Under the pieces are notes generated by a model. It was not told the origin of the DNA, made no database searches, and saw only the letters and a program-made list of their open reading frames with translations. DNA of 62,954 nt, counting the filler, from Octopus bimaculoides (Eukaryota), in NCBI RefSeq assembly GCF_001194135.2. It is 9 parts of 9 records of this genome, joined end to end, with 100 filler letters (N's around TTAATTAATTAA, not from the genome) between each part and the next. Parts side by side here need not be neighbours in the genome. Positions count along the whole stretch, not along the records: positions 1 to 15,683 come from NC_068988.1; 8 more parts are not named here. The stretch is one strand, 5' to 3'. Positions within the stretch are counted from its first letter, which is position 1, and each line of letters opens with the position of its first letter. The translations under genes were made by a program, and so were the position numbers. Of the stretch, positions 1 through 13,325 are shown piece after piece.

Positions 1-1300
1 ATATATACATACATTTACAAATAAATGCAAATATAAATGCGTATATAGATAATATATCTATCTAGATATGGCAAATAAAGGCGGAAGATGGAGTATATAC
101 GAGAAATTATTATTAATCACGACAATTGTTTCCACACATCTAGCATAGGTCACTCATCGTTAGGACACTCAACAACTGCTTCAGGATCATCCGGCGTTGC
201 AGATGTATCTCGTCGGATGATAAATAAATACAACTCGGTTAAAATAAGTGTTCAGCAATGTAACTTCTTGTTTTGAAGAAAGTAAAATAGCCACACGGAG
301 GAAATATCTTCATTTGTATAGAAGAACAAATATAAAATCACAGATGGCAAAAGAGAAACAAACACGCAATTTAGCGAGAAAAGTATTTAAAATAACCGTT
401 AACAGATATGGATGTATAAACGCCCTTGGGCATGCTGCATGGCTCGAGTACACTTCTTCATACAAGAATCCGCGAAAATGTGAGCATACGTATAAACATA
501 ATTATTTATATGAGATAAGGTGCTGCTCTATAGAGCGTTGGCGGTTTAGAAGGACCATTGTAATACCTGATTGGCATAATGAATCTTATCTATACCACTG
601 TTATTTATTTCCGTAGATCGAATGTGGTGTTTGTGATTGTCTTAAGGTGATAGTGAACCATTTTGCTTTCGTAAAATGTTTTCTATATATTGTAGTGACT
701 GTTGTGGAGGAATTATAAATAACTTGTAGTAGTTTTGTTTCGCACAAGGAATTATCTATCTACACCGCTGGAACCAAGTGTTGAGCCCTCGAGAAAGATG
801 CAAATTTCTAAGCATATCTGGCTCTCAACGTGCTTATTTTCAGCAATAACTCATGTCATATTTACCATTTAGTGACTGGTTAAATGGCCGACCTGCAAGA
901 ATTGACAATTGCATCTTGGGTAAAAAAACCCAGTAAACTTTTATGGAAATGAGTGATTATATGTTGAAACTTTAAACACAGATATTCTTTTAACGAGTTC
1001 AACTAAACAGAATTGGGTATTGTCATAGCAAAACAATGTTTTGCTGGCTTTCTGCTTTTTCTAAGCGAACGTTGTTTATATATTTGCATTTAAGATAACG
1101 TTAGTCTTAACTTCACTCTCAATACTAAGGCGTGCCAGGTCATACAATCTGAAAGGCTTCATTTATGCGCTGTAGTTTGTTGACATATCTCTCTGCTGAT
1201 GTTACTAACATGACTGTCATCATTGCGCTTAACATTTGCATACATTTCGAACAAAAAGTCATCGAACATTTATCTTTTTATTGTATTTGTACGTGTCGTA

Positions 1301-1334
<34 letters not shown>

Positions 1335-1690
1335 NNNNNNNNNNNNNNNNNNNNNNNNNNNNNNNNNNNNNNNNNNNNNNNNNNNNNNNNNNNNNNNNNN
1401 NNNNNNNNNNNNNNNNNNNNNNNNNNNNNNNNNNNNNNNNNNNNNNNNNNNNNNNNNNNNNNNNNNNNNNNNNNNNNNNNNNNNNNNNNNNNNNNNNNNN
1501 NNNNNNNNNNNNNNNNNNNNNNNNNNNNNNNNNNNNNNNNNNNNNNNNNNNNNNNNNNNNNNNNNNNNNNNNNNNNNNNNNNNNNNNNNNNNNNNNNNNN
1601 NNNNNNNNNNNNNNNNNNNNNNNNNNNNNNNNNNNNNNNNNNNNNNNNNNNNNNNNNNNNNNNNNNNNNNNNNNNNNNNNNNNNNNNNNN

Positions 1691-1730
1691 AGCGATGTTG
1701 GGGGGACAAACACAGACACACAAACATACA

Positions 1731-1790
<60 letters not shown>

Positions 1791-1945
1791 CGATGGGCTT
1801 CTTTCAGTTTCCGTCTACCAAATCCACTCACAAGGCTTTGGTCGGCCCGAGGCTATACTAGAAGACACTTGCTCAAGGTGCCACGCAGTGGGACTGAACC
1901 CAGAAACATGTGGTCGGTAAGCAAGCTACTTACCACACCTGCGCC
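1691..1945 (-). mobile_element. tRNA-derived SINE family A (octopus OK-like), 5' half with internal (TA)n(TG)n
   Basis: Reverse complement begins GGCGCAGGTGTGGTAAGTAGCTTGC with B-box-like GGGTTCAGTCCC; similar to the copy at 24491-24950. Confidence 0.85.
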
Positions 1946-3460
1946 TATATATTAATATTTCGTGTTAGAAGTAGCTTAACAATGTAAGCATTATCATTAT
2001 CAAATTCTGTATGCGTGCTGGTAAACGCTGTGAAAATGCACTATTTCGTCCAGAGGAAATCCCTTTAAAGACTTAAGGCGTTTAAGTAACAGGGCGTATC
2101 TCAAAACTGAAAGGAAGTGACAAATATGGGTATTCCACGGTCTTTTCTACTCTTCAGTATAACACACTGCTCTACATCCATATTTAAATTATGCGTGTTA
2201 GCAATCACTATATTGCTGCTGTATTCCGCCCAGGGAAACCTAATTAAATATGTATTATGCTTAAAAACATAGCATATCCGAAAGCTGGGCGAAAAGTGAT
2301 CAATCCTTGAGAGATTTAACACGTTAGTGAGTTGGCCATCCTATTTTTAAACAGTTGAATCTATTAAAGGGTGATGAATTGGTATACACAAGTTAACACT
2401 AGATAGACAACCTCGCAATGTATATAACGGATCTGTGCACTCTGAGTTAACAAATCACACTTGTGATTTTTATTATGATAGGTCGACAAATAGAGTACCA
2501 CTGAGTTACTGAGTCGGTACATTTCTCACTAACTCTCTCTCTCTCTTTTATTTTTATCTGCCTGTCTGTTTCTGTCTCGCTTTCTCCCTGTCACTCGCTC
2601 TCTCTCACTCGTTACCTTTAAATCTGCTAGTTTAGTTTTTGGGAAAAGCCCAGAGACTATTCAGTGTGTCTTTTAAAACTGAGTCCGATTTTGCTTTTCA
2701 TTCTTTCGAGATCGCTAAAATGCCGGCATATCAGAAGAACCATGTTTGTCGTATTGCCATACGTGTTATGGCTCTTTTCGTTTAGTGGCAACAGCTGAGA
2801 CGTTATCGTCACCAATTTGTGTAGACTAAGTCGGTAGAGTTAACCGTTGATAAAAATCAGTTCAAAGGTTTCCGTTGATGAATTTCAACACAGAATTCAT
2901 CGAACGCATACATGTGCAGATTCACGATCAACATTAGCGACAGAGGCCCTCAATGTGACAGGCAATACCTAAGACCGAACCAATGTTACGCTGCAGAACA
3001 GATTACAAACTAAGAAATACATAAGACTAAATTATGAAATGTGTCGTATTCACCGTATTTATTAAAACACTACACGAAGTTTAAGGGCTTTTTCGCAGCC
3101 ATTTATAGTATATTGAACCACTACGTAAAAGCCGACCATCCAGACTTATGTCGAATTATCGATGAATATTATATATATATATATTTACATATAGTTACTT
3201 CCTATTCTAGGTGGTTTCTCTCAGGGAATTGTGAGATATGAGTCACTAATATAACAATGTATGCATCGAGACAATTCGAAACCATATAGATACAAAAAAA
3301 TATTATGATTACTGGAAGATTTTGCGCACAATAGATATATAATTGAATCAAAATCTAACCCTCAATACAATGCATCGATCCAATATGACACATAAGAATA
3401 GACTATATATATATACATATACACACACATATATAAATATATATATAAATATAAATATAA

Positions 3461-3493
<33 letters not shown>

Positions 3494-4499
3494 NNNNNNN
3501 NNNNNNNNNNNNNNNNNNNNNNNNNNNNNNNNNNNNNNNNNNNNNNNNNNNNNNNNNNNNNNNNNNNNNNNNNNNNNNNNNNNNNNNNNNNNNNNNNNNN
3601 NNNNNNNNNNNNNNNNNNNNNNNNNNNNNNNNNNNNNNNNNNNNNNNNNNNNNNNNNNNNNNNNNNNNNNNNNNNNNNNNNNNNNNNNNNNNNNNNNNNN
3701 NNNNNNNNNNNNNNNNNNNNNNNNNNNNNNNNNNNNNNNNNNNNNNNNNNNNNNNNNNNNNNNNNNNNNNNNNNNNNNNNNNNNNNNNNNNNNNNNNNNN
3801 NNNNNNNNNNNNNNNNNNNNNNNNNNNNNNNNNNNNNNNNNNNNNNNNNNNNNNNNNNNNNNNNNNNNNNNNNNNNNNNNNNNNNNNNNNNNNNNNNNNN
3901 NNNNNNNNNNNNNNNNNNNTATATATATGCATGTGTGTGTGAGTGTGTGTACAGTATGTATAAGTATAATTATAAATCCATATGTAAACTATACACAAAA
4001 TATACAACTAATAATTTCATAACAGCAAATTTTATTCACGGAAGAAAGAAATAATTTCAGTTACACGCACGCACGCACGCACGCACGCACGTACGCACAC
4101 ACGCACCATTAATAAATAGAAACCCACGCCCTCGGATATACACGCGCAGAACGCTAAATGTTAGGTAGAGAGATACAATGAAATGATAACGAAAAATATA
4201 ATTAGAAGCGTGAGAGAAGAGAGTGGGCGAGAAAGTGTCTATAACACTGGCGATCGCAAATAAATATGTGTGACTCCCCTCTCCTTTTCTCGATCTTTAT
4301 TCATATTTGCATCAATAATTTATTCTATCCCTTATGCATTGATAAGTTTCAATTGATGTCGCTTCAGTGGAAACATTCGGATTGAAACCCAAAATATTAC
4401 AGCCGTCTCTATCTCGATAAAAGTTTGTGGTAAGCTGTGTAAAAAGAACTTCGATATTTTTACTGCTTTTCGCACGCGCTTTTCGTCGTTACTGTGCAT

Positions 4500-5198
4500 G
4501 CACACTCAAAACCACACAGACACACACAATTACAGATACACAGAAACAGACACAGACACACACACACACGCAGCGCGCTCGCACACCCCCCCGCACACAC
4601 AGAAACGCACACACACGCACACACAAACAGACACATACACAAAAACGCGCGTACACACACACACACAGATATATGCGCGTGTGTGTGTGAGCGTGTGCGT
4701 GTTTATATACGCATGTGCGAATAGGTGTGTGTATATACATATATACACAGACATGCATAAAATCACCCCACACCCACCAAAGCACGCCCCTTCCACCATA
4801 CACGGCTCCTCACTTATATATAAATGTCTATATATAAATATAGGAACATATGTGTGTGTGTGTGTGTGTGTATGTGTGTGTGTGTGTGCCTGTCTGTGTG
4901 TTTGCATGATGTATGTGTGTGTGTTTGTGTGTCTGTCTATGTGTATGTGTGTGTTTGTATGCATACAGACAGATAAGTAAAGTGAGAGCGGGAGAGGTAG
5001 ACACATACATACATTCATATATGCATATACGAATATTTAGATAAATGGATAGAAATTGATACGAATAGTCACACACACACAAACACATATATATATATAT
5101 ATATATACATACACGTTTGTGTGTGTGTATGTATACTACCAACCTATATACATACATACATATATAAATATATATACATATTATATTATATATATATG

Positions 5199-5230
<32 letters not shown>

Positions 5231-5245
5231 CGTGTGTGTGTGTAT
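4500..5245. repeat. Compound (CA)n/(TG)n/(TA)n microsatellite field
   Basis: Direct inspection; it generates many spurious HT/YI/CV ORFs. Confidence 0.95.
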
Positions 5246-5503
5246 GTTGTGTGTATGCATGTGTATATGGTCTTATGTATGTACTTTTATCCAAGGTCGA
5301 CCTTGGATAAAGAAATTCACACTCAGTTTTTATAACGCTATTGATTCTTTATCGAACTGTGGGCCTCTTGATCTTTCGATCGAGAATTTCAAGAATACAT
5401 ATAAGCACAGGCACGAGCACACACATACAGTTGCATTGATACGTACAGATATGCATACATACGTACATACACATATAGACACACACAGACATGCACATAC
5501 GTA

Positions 5504-5542
<39 letters not shown>

Positions 5543-6411
5543 NNNNNNNNNNNNNNNNNNNNNNNNNNNNNNNNNNNNNNNNNNNNNNNNNNNNNNNNNN
5601 NNNNNNNNNNNNNNNNNNNNNNNNNNNNNNNNNNNNNNNNNNNNNNNNNNNNNNNNNNNNNNNNNNNNNNNNNNNNNNNNNNNNNNNNNNNNNNNNNNNN
5701 NNNNNNNNNNNNNNNNNNNNNNNNNNNNNNNNNNNNNNNNNNNNNNNNNNNNNNNNNNNNNNNNNNNNNNNNNNNNNNNNNNNNNNNNNNNNNNNNNNNN
5801 NNATATATGTGCATATACACACATAGTCACACAAACACACACGCATGCACACGCAAACACACACGCATGCACACGCAAACATGAAGGAGAGATAGGGAGA
5901 GAAAGAGAGAGTTTTATACTTTGCTAGATAGGTATACATGAGTATATCTTTATTTTTCATACGAATTATTTATTCCTATGGATTGTTAGTCATGGCTTTT
6001 ATAGACGTCCCTGTCCAATTGGAGCGAAGCTATTGATATTCAGATGAGCTACTATTAGACAATAAGTGATGGGAAACGAGAGGGAGAGAGGGAGAGAACG
6101 AGAGTTTAAAAGAACTAGCTTTCCACACGTTTTCATCAAGGGAAAGAAATCACTGCAGGATGTCTTTTATGCAAGATTTATAGCCCGTTTGAATCGGGTC
6201 AGGTGCATTAAGGATAATAGCTAGAGTTTGTATACCATTGGCACATCAATGGTGAGAGATGAAAATAAATTGAGCATCTTCGTACTAGTGCTGGTAGTGT
6301 GTTGATGAGAATAATTTTGATATTTTATAAAGTAAATATTAGAATCACCGAAAGAGACAGCGTTAAGGGACATTACTATCTTTTACTCGTTGGTAGCAAT
6401 GCGTGAGGTTG

Positions 6412-6796
6412 GTTGGCACTGTGTCGCTTACGACTTCGAGGGTTCCAGTTGATCCGATCAACGGAACAGCCTGCTCGTGAAATTAACGTGCAAGTGGCTG
6501 AGCACTCCACTGACACGTGTACCCTTAACGTAGTTCTCATGGTATATTTCAGCGCGTGACACAGTATGACAAGGCTGACCCTTTGAATTACAGGCACAAC
6601 AGAAACTCAGGAAGTAAGAGTGAGAGAAAGTTGTGGTGGAAGAGTACAGCAGGGTTCGCCACCATCCCCTGCCGGAGCCTCGTGGGGCTTAAGGTGTTTT
6701 CGCTCAATAAACACTCACAATGCTCGGTCTGGGAATCGAAACCGCGATCCTATGACCATGAGTCCGCTGCCTTAACCACTGGGCCACTGCGCCTCC
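6412..6796 (-). mobile_element. tRNA-derived SINE family B (octopus OR1-like), full length
   Basis: A-box TGGCCCAGTGG and B-box GGTTTCGATTCC; colinear with the copy at 11958-12341. Confidence 0.9.
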
Positions 6797-7225
6797 ACAT
6801 ATGGGTGAGGTAATTATCCTGAAAATGGAAACTTATTCAGAATCTTTACAACCGAGTGGGACTCTGCTAAATAGACTCACCGTGTCACCTGGGTTTTTTT
6901 CTCGGGTGACAACATGAGTAAACTACTTAAATAAACTAAGGCTGGGTTTCGTCTGAATGAAAAAAAAATCGGGAAAAAGAAGACCTTTGTCCGTTATATT
7001 AGTCAATATCTGTAAATTGTTATAATTTTATCGGCCGCGAAAGAATGGAAAGAAAATATGGCGTGATTGGCATTTGCACATTGATCGTAGATAGTCTACC
7101 CCAAAACTGCGATGAATTTTATCCTTCAGCAATTAACCACCTAAGTTAGTCAAATATGAAGAATGCTTACAGCTAATGCAACAGGATTATTCCAGATATA
7201 GCAGAGATGCGTAAATATATAGTTA

Positions 7226-7437
7226 CAGGACGTCACCATCGATGCAAATAAAATGCAATACGTAAACAAACGAGAAAAAAAGTTAAACAGGACAATTTAA
7301 CACAGAGAAAGACCTTTCATTTCATCCGTTGTCGGCTGTGTATCTACTCCTCATTTCGAGCATTCAATATGAGTCTTCGAAGACAGTTCTCGTTTGTTTA
7401 CGTATTTCATGTTATTTGCACCGAGGGTGACGTCCTA
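7226..7437. mobile_element. MITE with 51-bp TIRs and TA target-site duplication (Tc1/mariner-type)
   Basis: 7226-7276 (CAGGACGTCACCATCGATGCAAATAAAATGCAATACGTAAACAAACGAGAA) is the near-perfect reverse complement of 7387-7437. TA is present at 7224-7225 and 7438-7439. Confidence 0.8.
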
Positions 7438-8075
7438 TACCTATATATGCATATATATGTATATATGCGTATATGTATGTATATGTAGATGATGGAATAA
7501 ACCAGTCTTCCGTTGCACAACTTCAGAATAATTTCGAACTGTCTGTTTATAAGAGTTCATATATTCTTCATGGGCCCTAACTGGTGCGGTGTCTTTATTT
7601 CCACGCTTAGTGACTAAGTAGGTTAGAGCTACGAACGAAATATCTTCCAACGGGATGCCTGGCAAGAAGTAATGTANNNNNNNNNNNNNNNNNNNNNNNN
7701 NNNNNNNNNNNNNNNNNNNNNNNNNNNNNNNNNNNNNNNNNNNNNNNNNNNNNNNNNNNNNNNNNNNNNNNNNNNNNNNNNNNNNNNNNNNNNNNNNNNN
7801 NNNNNNNNNNNNNNNNNNNNNNNNNNNNNNNNNNNNNNNNNNNNNNNNNNNNNNNNNNNNNNNNNNNNNNNNNNNNNNNNNNNNNNNNNNNNNNNNNNNN
7901 NNNNNNNNNNNNNNNNNNNNNNNNNNNNNNNNNNNNNNNNNNNNNNNNNNNNNNNNNNNNNNNNNNNNNNNNNNNNNNNNNNNNNNNNNNNNNNNNNNNN
8001 NNNNNNNNNNNNNNNNNNNNNNNNNNNNNNNNNNNNNNNNNNNNNNNNNNNNNNNNNNNNNNNNNNNNNNNNNNN

Positions 8076-8130
<55 letters not shown>

Positions 8131-8221
8131 CATACACATACATATGTATATATATATGCATGTGTATGTATATATATGTATATATGCGTATATGTATGTA
8201 TATGTAGATGATGGAATAAAC

Positions 8222-8551
8222 CAGTCTTCCGTTGCACAACTTCAGAATAATTTCGAACTGTCTGTTTATAAGAGTTCATATATTCTTCATGGGCCCTAAC
8301 TGGTGCGGTGTCTTTATTTCCACGCTTAGTGACTAAGTAGGTTAGAGCTACGAACGAAATATCTTCCAACGGGATGCCTGGCAAGAAGTAATGTATACTA
8401 GGTGATGGATGAATTTCGCGGAATTGTAAGTCTTTCATTTTGTTGAAAATGAAGGAAAGATTATGAGTAATATCATCAGGATAGCTGTAGACGAGAGGCA
8501 AATTTGGACGTTGATGTGCAAGCTGTGTGTGGTAAACACAGACAAACATTA
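8222..8551 (-). CDS. Candidate internal coding exon of an unidentified gene
   Basis: Non-repetitive open frame of 110 codons ([26 protein letters not shown]...[10 protein letters not shown]) preceded by the acceptor AAGTTTCAG (AG at 8553-8552). A weak GTTTAT donor at 8221 gives a symmetric phase 1-1 exon of 330 nt. No recognisable family. Confidence 0.4.
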
Positions 8552-9061
8552 CTGAAACTTAAATTTAATAGAATGTAGGCCTATAAGATGCACATCAGCT
8601 AAATCAGCGTATACTAATAATAAAATCTTTATGAGAAAAATTCTTATGGTACCCACATATACACACAGGCGCGTGCGTAAACGCACTGTTATTATAAATT
8701 TCGATACTGAGAGAGTTAGCAATGAGTTCGCTGACGATCGTAAGCACAAGACGCTTGTGTTGTTGAAATTATGAGCTCAAGAGTATGTTAGATGCGAGTG
8801 GAAACTATGCTTATAAACGTTTGACAAGGAAGTGACGATTGTGACTGTCTACAAATATCTGAATACTATCGACAATGTTGGTACTCAGGGTGACGAAATT
8901 TTAGATGGCAGCGTTGATCTTTTTCCATAAAAGTGGGTATGTTCCGATAAAAAAAGGATAATTGTGAAGTTTCGGGATATTTGGATATAACTCTGGGGTG
9001 TCGATATTGGCGTTCTTCTTCGTTTGAATAAAAAAGTGTTTCACATCAGCAATTATACTCT

Positions 9062-9335
9062 TTTCTCTTTTACTTGTTTCAGTCATTTGAATGTGGCCAT
9101 GCTGGAGCACCGCTTTTAGTCGAGCAAATCGACCCCAGACTTATTCTTTGGAAGCCTAGTACTTATTCTATCGGTCTCTTTTGCCGAAACGCTAAGTTAC
9201 GGGGACGTAAACGCACCAGCATCGGTTGTAAAGCGATGTTGGGGGGACAAACACAGACACACAAACACATACACACATACATCCATACATACATACATAC
9301 ATCCATCCATACATACATACATACATACATATATA
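9062..9335 (-). mobile_element. SINE family A, 3' half running into its internal microsatellite and a gap
   Basis: Contains the family tail GGCGGTGCTCCAGCATGGCC..TGACTGAAACAAGTAAAAGAG in reverse orientation. Confidence 0.85.
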
Positions 9336-11010
9336 NNNNNNNNNNNNNNNNNNNNNNNNNNNNNNNNNNNNNNNNNNNNNNNNNNNNNNNNNNNNNNNNN
9401 NNNNNNNNNNNNNNNNNNNNNNNNNNNNNNNNNNNNNNNNNNNNNNNNNNNNNNNNNNNNNNNNNNNNNNNNNNNNNNNNNNNNNNNNNNNNNNNNNNNN
9501 NNNNNNNNNNNNNNNNNNNNNNNNNNNNNNNNNNNNNNNNNNNNNNNNNNNNNNNNNNNNNNNNNNNNNNNNNNNNNNNNNNNNNNNNNNNNNNNNNNNN
9601 NNNNNNNNNNNNNNNNNNNNNNNNNNNNNNNNNNNNNNNNNNNNNNNNNNNNNNNNNNNNNNNNNNNNNNNNNNNNNNNNNNNNNNNNNNNNNNNNNNNN
9701 NNNNNNNNNNNNNNNNNNNNNNNNNNNNNNNNNNNNNNNNNNNNNNNNGAGGCACAAAAGAAACTTCAGTTGATATTTTACGCATGTTTGTATTTCTGTT
9801 TATATAGGTTGAGTAATACATACACTGTTACAAAATTTCATAGCATTATTACAGTTGGCAAACTGGAGAAAATTACTTGCGAACGCCATGAAAGAATACC
9901 AAAAGAACAAGATATGCTTCCACGCAAAATATTTAAATATTGATTCTAATATCACCGTATACTTGTAATAACATTTGAAAGAGACCTAGGATAAAATCGA
10001 CTAAGATTTTTAAATTCGATTTGAATCCTCCAAATTAATTATTTGTGCTTCTAAAAACTATATTCTGAGGCTTAAATATATAGCTTTACGGCCTTAGTTC
10101 AAAAGTCGATAAAAACTGACGTTATCATTCATCTTAGAATATCAGTCGTACACAAAAAAAAAACTGAATTTATGTTAACCCTTCCTGGCATATATTTCGA
10201 TTTCTGCAGACATACATGAACTCCGAATTTCCAGATCTTTTATTTTCGTCTATAAAACATTAAATTTTCCACCAGGAGAACGCTGTACCCTACCTAAATT
10301 ATTTTGTTTTAATCCTTCCAGTGTCAATCAGACGAACGTTCGATCGATCAACTTTCATTGATTTAGTAATTAATTTCCTTATTTACTCATGATTTGTTGC
10401 ATCTTTCGTGGAATAATAGATAAAGCAATTACTAATTATCTGTCAACTTTTATTTCTTATCATTAATTGAGTTAATGGGAGCCTGTGTCTGAATGCGTGT
10501 GAATTAACTACGTCTTAAGAAATAAACATTTAAGAAAACTTTTAAACGTAGGCAAATATTTTTTCGGAAATCTCAAGCAAAATTTTCCAATACAATTCAG
10601 TGTATTTTTATAATCGATAATCAATACTGACAATGTGGAGAATATGTATCTAGATTACACCAAGAGAGCTTTATTTTCAATGAACATTTTTTAAAAGTAA
10701 ATCTATGGCATAAACCATTTGGAAAAAAATAATAAAATATTTTTATAAATAATATATAATGAAATAAAGATTTCAGATAACGAAAATGTGATTCAAAAAT
10801 GAAGAATATAATTCTATAGTCATGACTGGGAAGCTAAATTGAGAAATTTTTTGTTTACACAGATTTATTGAATAATTTTAACCCGGATTATATATTACCT
10901 GTAAATGGCATTTCACGAAATTATCTTTCAAGTCATCTCTTTGATGTCATTTTAAAAATTTATTTCAGAAACAAACAAGACAAACGTCATATTAACTACG
11001 GGAGAAATAA

Positions 11011-11075
<65 letters not shown>
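11011..11075 (+). repeat. (ATT)n microsatellite
   Basis: Perfect trinucleotide run. Confidence 0.95.
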
Positions 11076-11864
11076 GCATATTTATAATATAATGCAATGT
11101 AATATAATATATAATATAATATAATATACAATATATATCGGCACTTACGTATAGATTTGTTTATATATATCATGTATGTGTGAATGCAGATATACACACA
11201 TACACACACGCGCTCATACATATATATACATACACATACTGAGAGAGGGAGTGAATGAAAGAGCGAGAAAATGAGAGAGAAAGAGAGAGGAATGCTTCTA
11301 CCAGAGTAAAGATTTTTATGTAGATACTGATTCATTTCATTAGATATTTAAAATCCTACACATATTCTGCTATTAGAGCTTACACTCGTGCATATATACA
11401 CTCACACACAAATACACTCACAGACACTTAATATGCTGTATGTTTGTGAATGTGCGTGTATACAAAAATACGCACATTTGCGCACGCATATGTATATATT
11501 TAATACTTCTAAAATTTAATGCATCTGTAAATTAATAAAACTGTTAATCAAATTTGTTACGATGTGACTTTCCTTCTATTAAATATATCTATCAATATAT
11601 TTGGAAAAAATAATTTTTCTAACTATATATTTTATTATCTGGTTGCATAAACATTTCTAAATATTTAAACATAAAGATCTAAGGAATACTCAACTTTGAT
11701 TCAGGTGTGATCTCAACTTCCTAAACATTTTACGACCCGAGATTGAGAATTGTGAATAGATTTATGGAAGAAGACCATTTCGTTTAGCAGCAGGTTATCA
11801 TGGTAGAATGGTATGATGTGCAAGCTTAACCTTATATTTACATACATACATATATACATACATT

Positions 11865-11934
<70 letters not shown>

Positions 11935-11957
11935 GCTATATATATATGCATATATGT

Positions 11958-12341
11958 GGAGGCGCAATGGCCCAGTGGTTAGCGTAGCGGACTCGCGGTC
12001 ATAGGATCGCGGTTTCGATTCCTAGACCGGGCGTTGTGAGTGTTTATTGAGAGAAAATACCTAAAGTTCCACGAGGCTCCGGCAAGGGATGTTGGCGAAC
12101 CCTGCTGTATTCTTTCACCACAAATTTCTCTCACTCTTTCTTCCTGTTTCTGTTGTACCTGTATTTCAAACGGCCAGCCTTGTCATACTCTGTGTTACGC
12201 TGAATATTCCCGAGAACTACGTTAAGTGTACACGTGTCTGTGGAGTACTCAGTCACTTGCACGTTAATTTCACGAGCAGGCTGTTCCGTTGATCGGATCA
12301 ACTGGAACCCTCGTCGTTGTAAGCGATGGAGTGCCAGCAAC
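11958..12341 (+). mobile_element. SINE family B (OR1-like), full length
   Basis: GGAGGCGCAATGGCCCAGTGGTTAGC...GGTTTCGATTCC head. Possible low-complexity TSD ATATGCATATAT at 11944-11955 and 12342-12353. Confidence 0.9.
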
Positions 12342-12344
12342 ATA

Positions 12345-12388
<44 letters not shown>

Positions 12389-12541
12389 TACGTGTGTGTG
12401 AACACACACACACATGTGGGATAGTTAAATTGTTGCCATTTTATATTTTCAATTTCGCGCATGCGCATGGCTGTTTTTCATTTTGTCGACTACTCAGTAT
12501 AGTATGGTTAGGTGGGCATGGTCTGTGAGAAAAACAGCACC

Positions 12542-13325
12542 ATGACACAATTCACTCCTCCAAGCATTTGGAACCGACATGCTATACTGCTTGGTATTCG
12601 CGCCGAAAGCTCCAATACAAACATTACAAAATGTTTGGGTGTCAATTTGAGGACTGTGCAGAGGATTTGGAAAGAGTTGGATGAGTCTAACTGTGACTAC
12701 GAAGGTACGGCAACTCGGAAAACTCACTCTGATCGTTGTGATATGAAAAGAACTCTTGCATTTGTCGGTGATGATTGACAACGATTCCTCAAAGTCAATC
12801 AGGTCCATCGCCAGGGATATGGGGTTGTCTGAATTTCGTATGGGGCAGATAGTTCATGAAGACATTCGGTGTTCCACATACAAGATGTGAAAGGACCAAT
12901 TTTTATCACAGGTCTTCAAGGACAAGAGGAATGACTGCAGTACGAAGCTTAAGTACGAAGCTCAAGTACGAAGCTCAAGCGTCCCCTCCAACCGAACATG
13001 CTTTGCTTTTTCTCAAACGAGAAAAAATTCTGCTACGATCAGATGGTGAACACACAGAACAAGTGTTGGTTTGCCGTGTGCTAAAACATATATCGAGAGT
13101 GATAAAATCAAGCATCCAGTCAACATCATGTTATTTGGAGTGATCACTAATGATGGCGACGTTATACTTCCATTCATCTTCCCACACGGCCTCACACTCA
13201 ACACAGAGGCCTACATCAAATATCTGGAGGAGGTAGTGCTACCCTGGCTCGACAGAATTGTTGCTGGAAGAACCCTATATCTGGCAACAGGACTGAGCAT
13301 CGTGCTACACAAGCAGGATGACCCA
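12542..13325 (+). mobile_element. Degenerate Tc1/mariner-superfamily transposase (maT/DD37D-like)
   Basis: HTH-like MTQF...ITKCLGVNLRTVQRIWK and SKSIRSIARDMGLSE segments. Catalytic-region motifs PVNIMLFGVITNDG...FIFPHGLTLNTEAYIKYLEEVVLPW...IWQQD*AS. Contains frameshifts and stops. Confidence 0.8.

Noticed and set aside
248-616. 122-aa ORF on the + strand
   Set aside because: Non-ATG start, no motif and no supporting splice signals; length is compatible with chance.
11958-12035. tRNA gene at SINE heads (also 6720-6796 and 24491-24560)
   Set aside because: A and B boxes are present, but the sequence continues into SINE bodies and lacks a proper cloverleaf acceptor stem and terminator.
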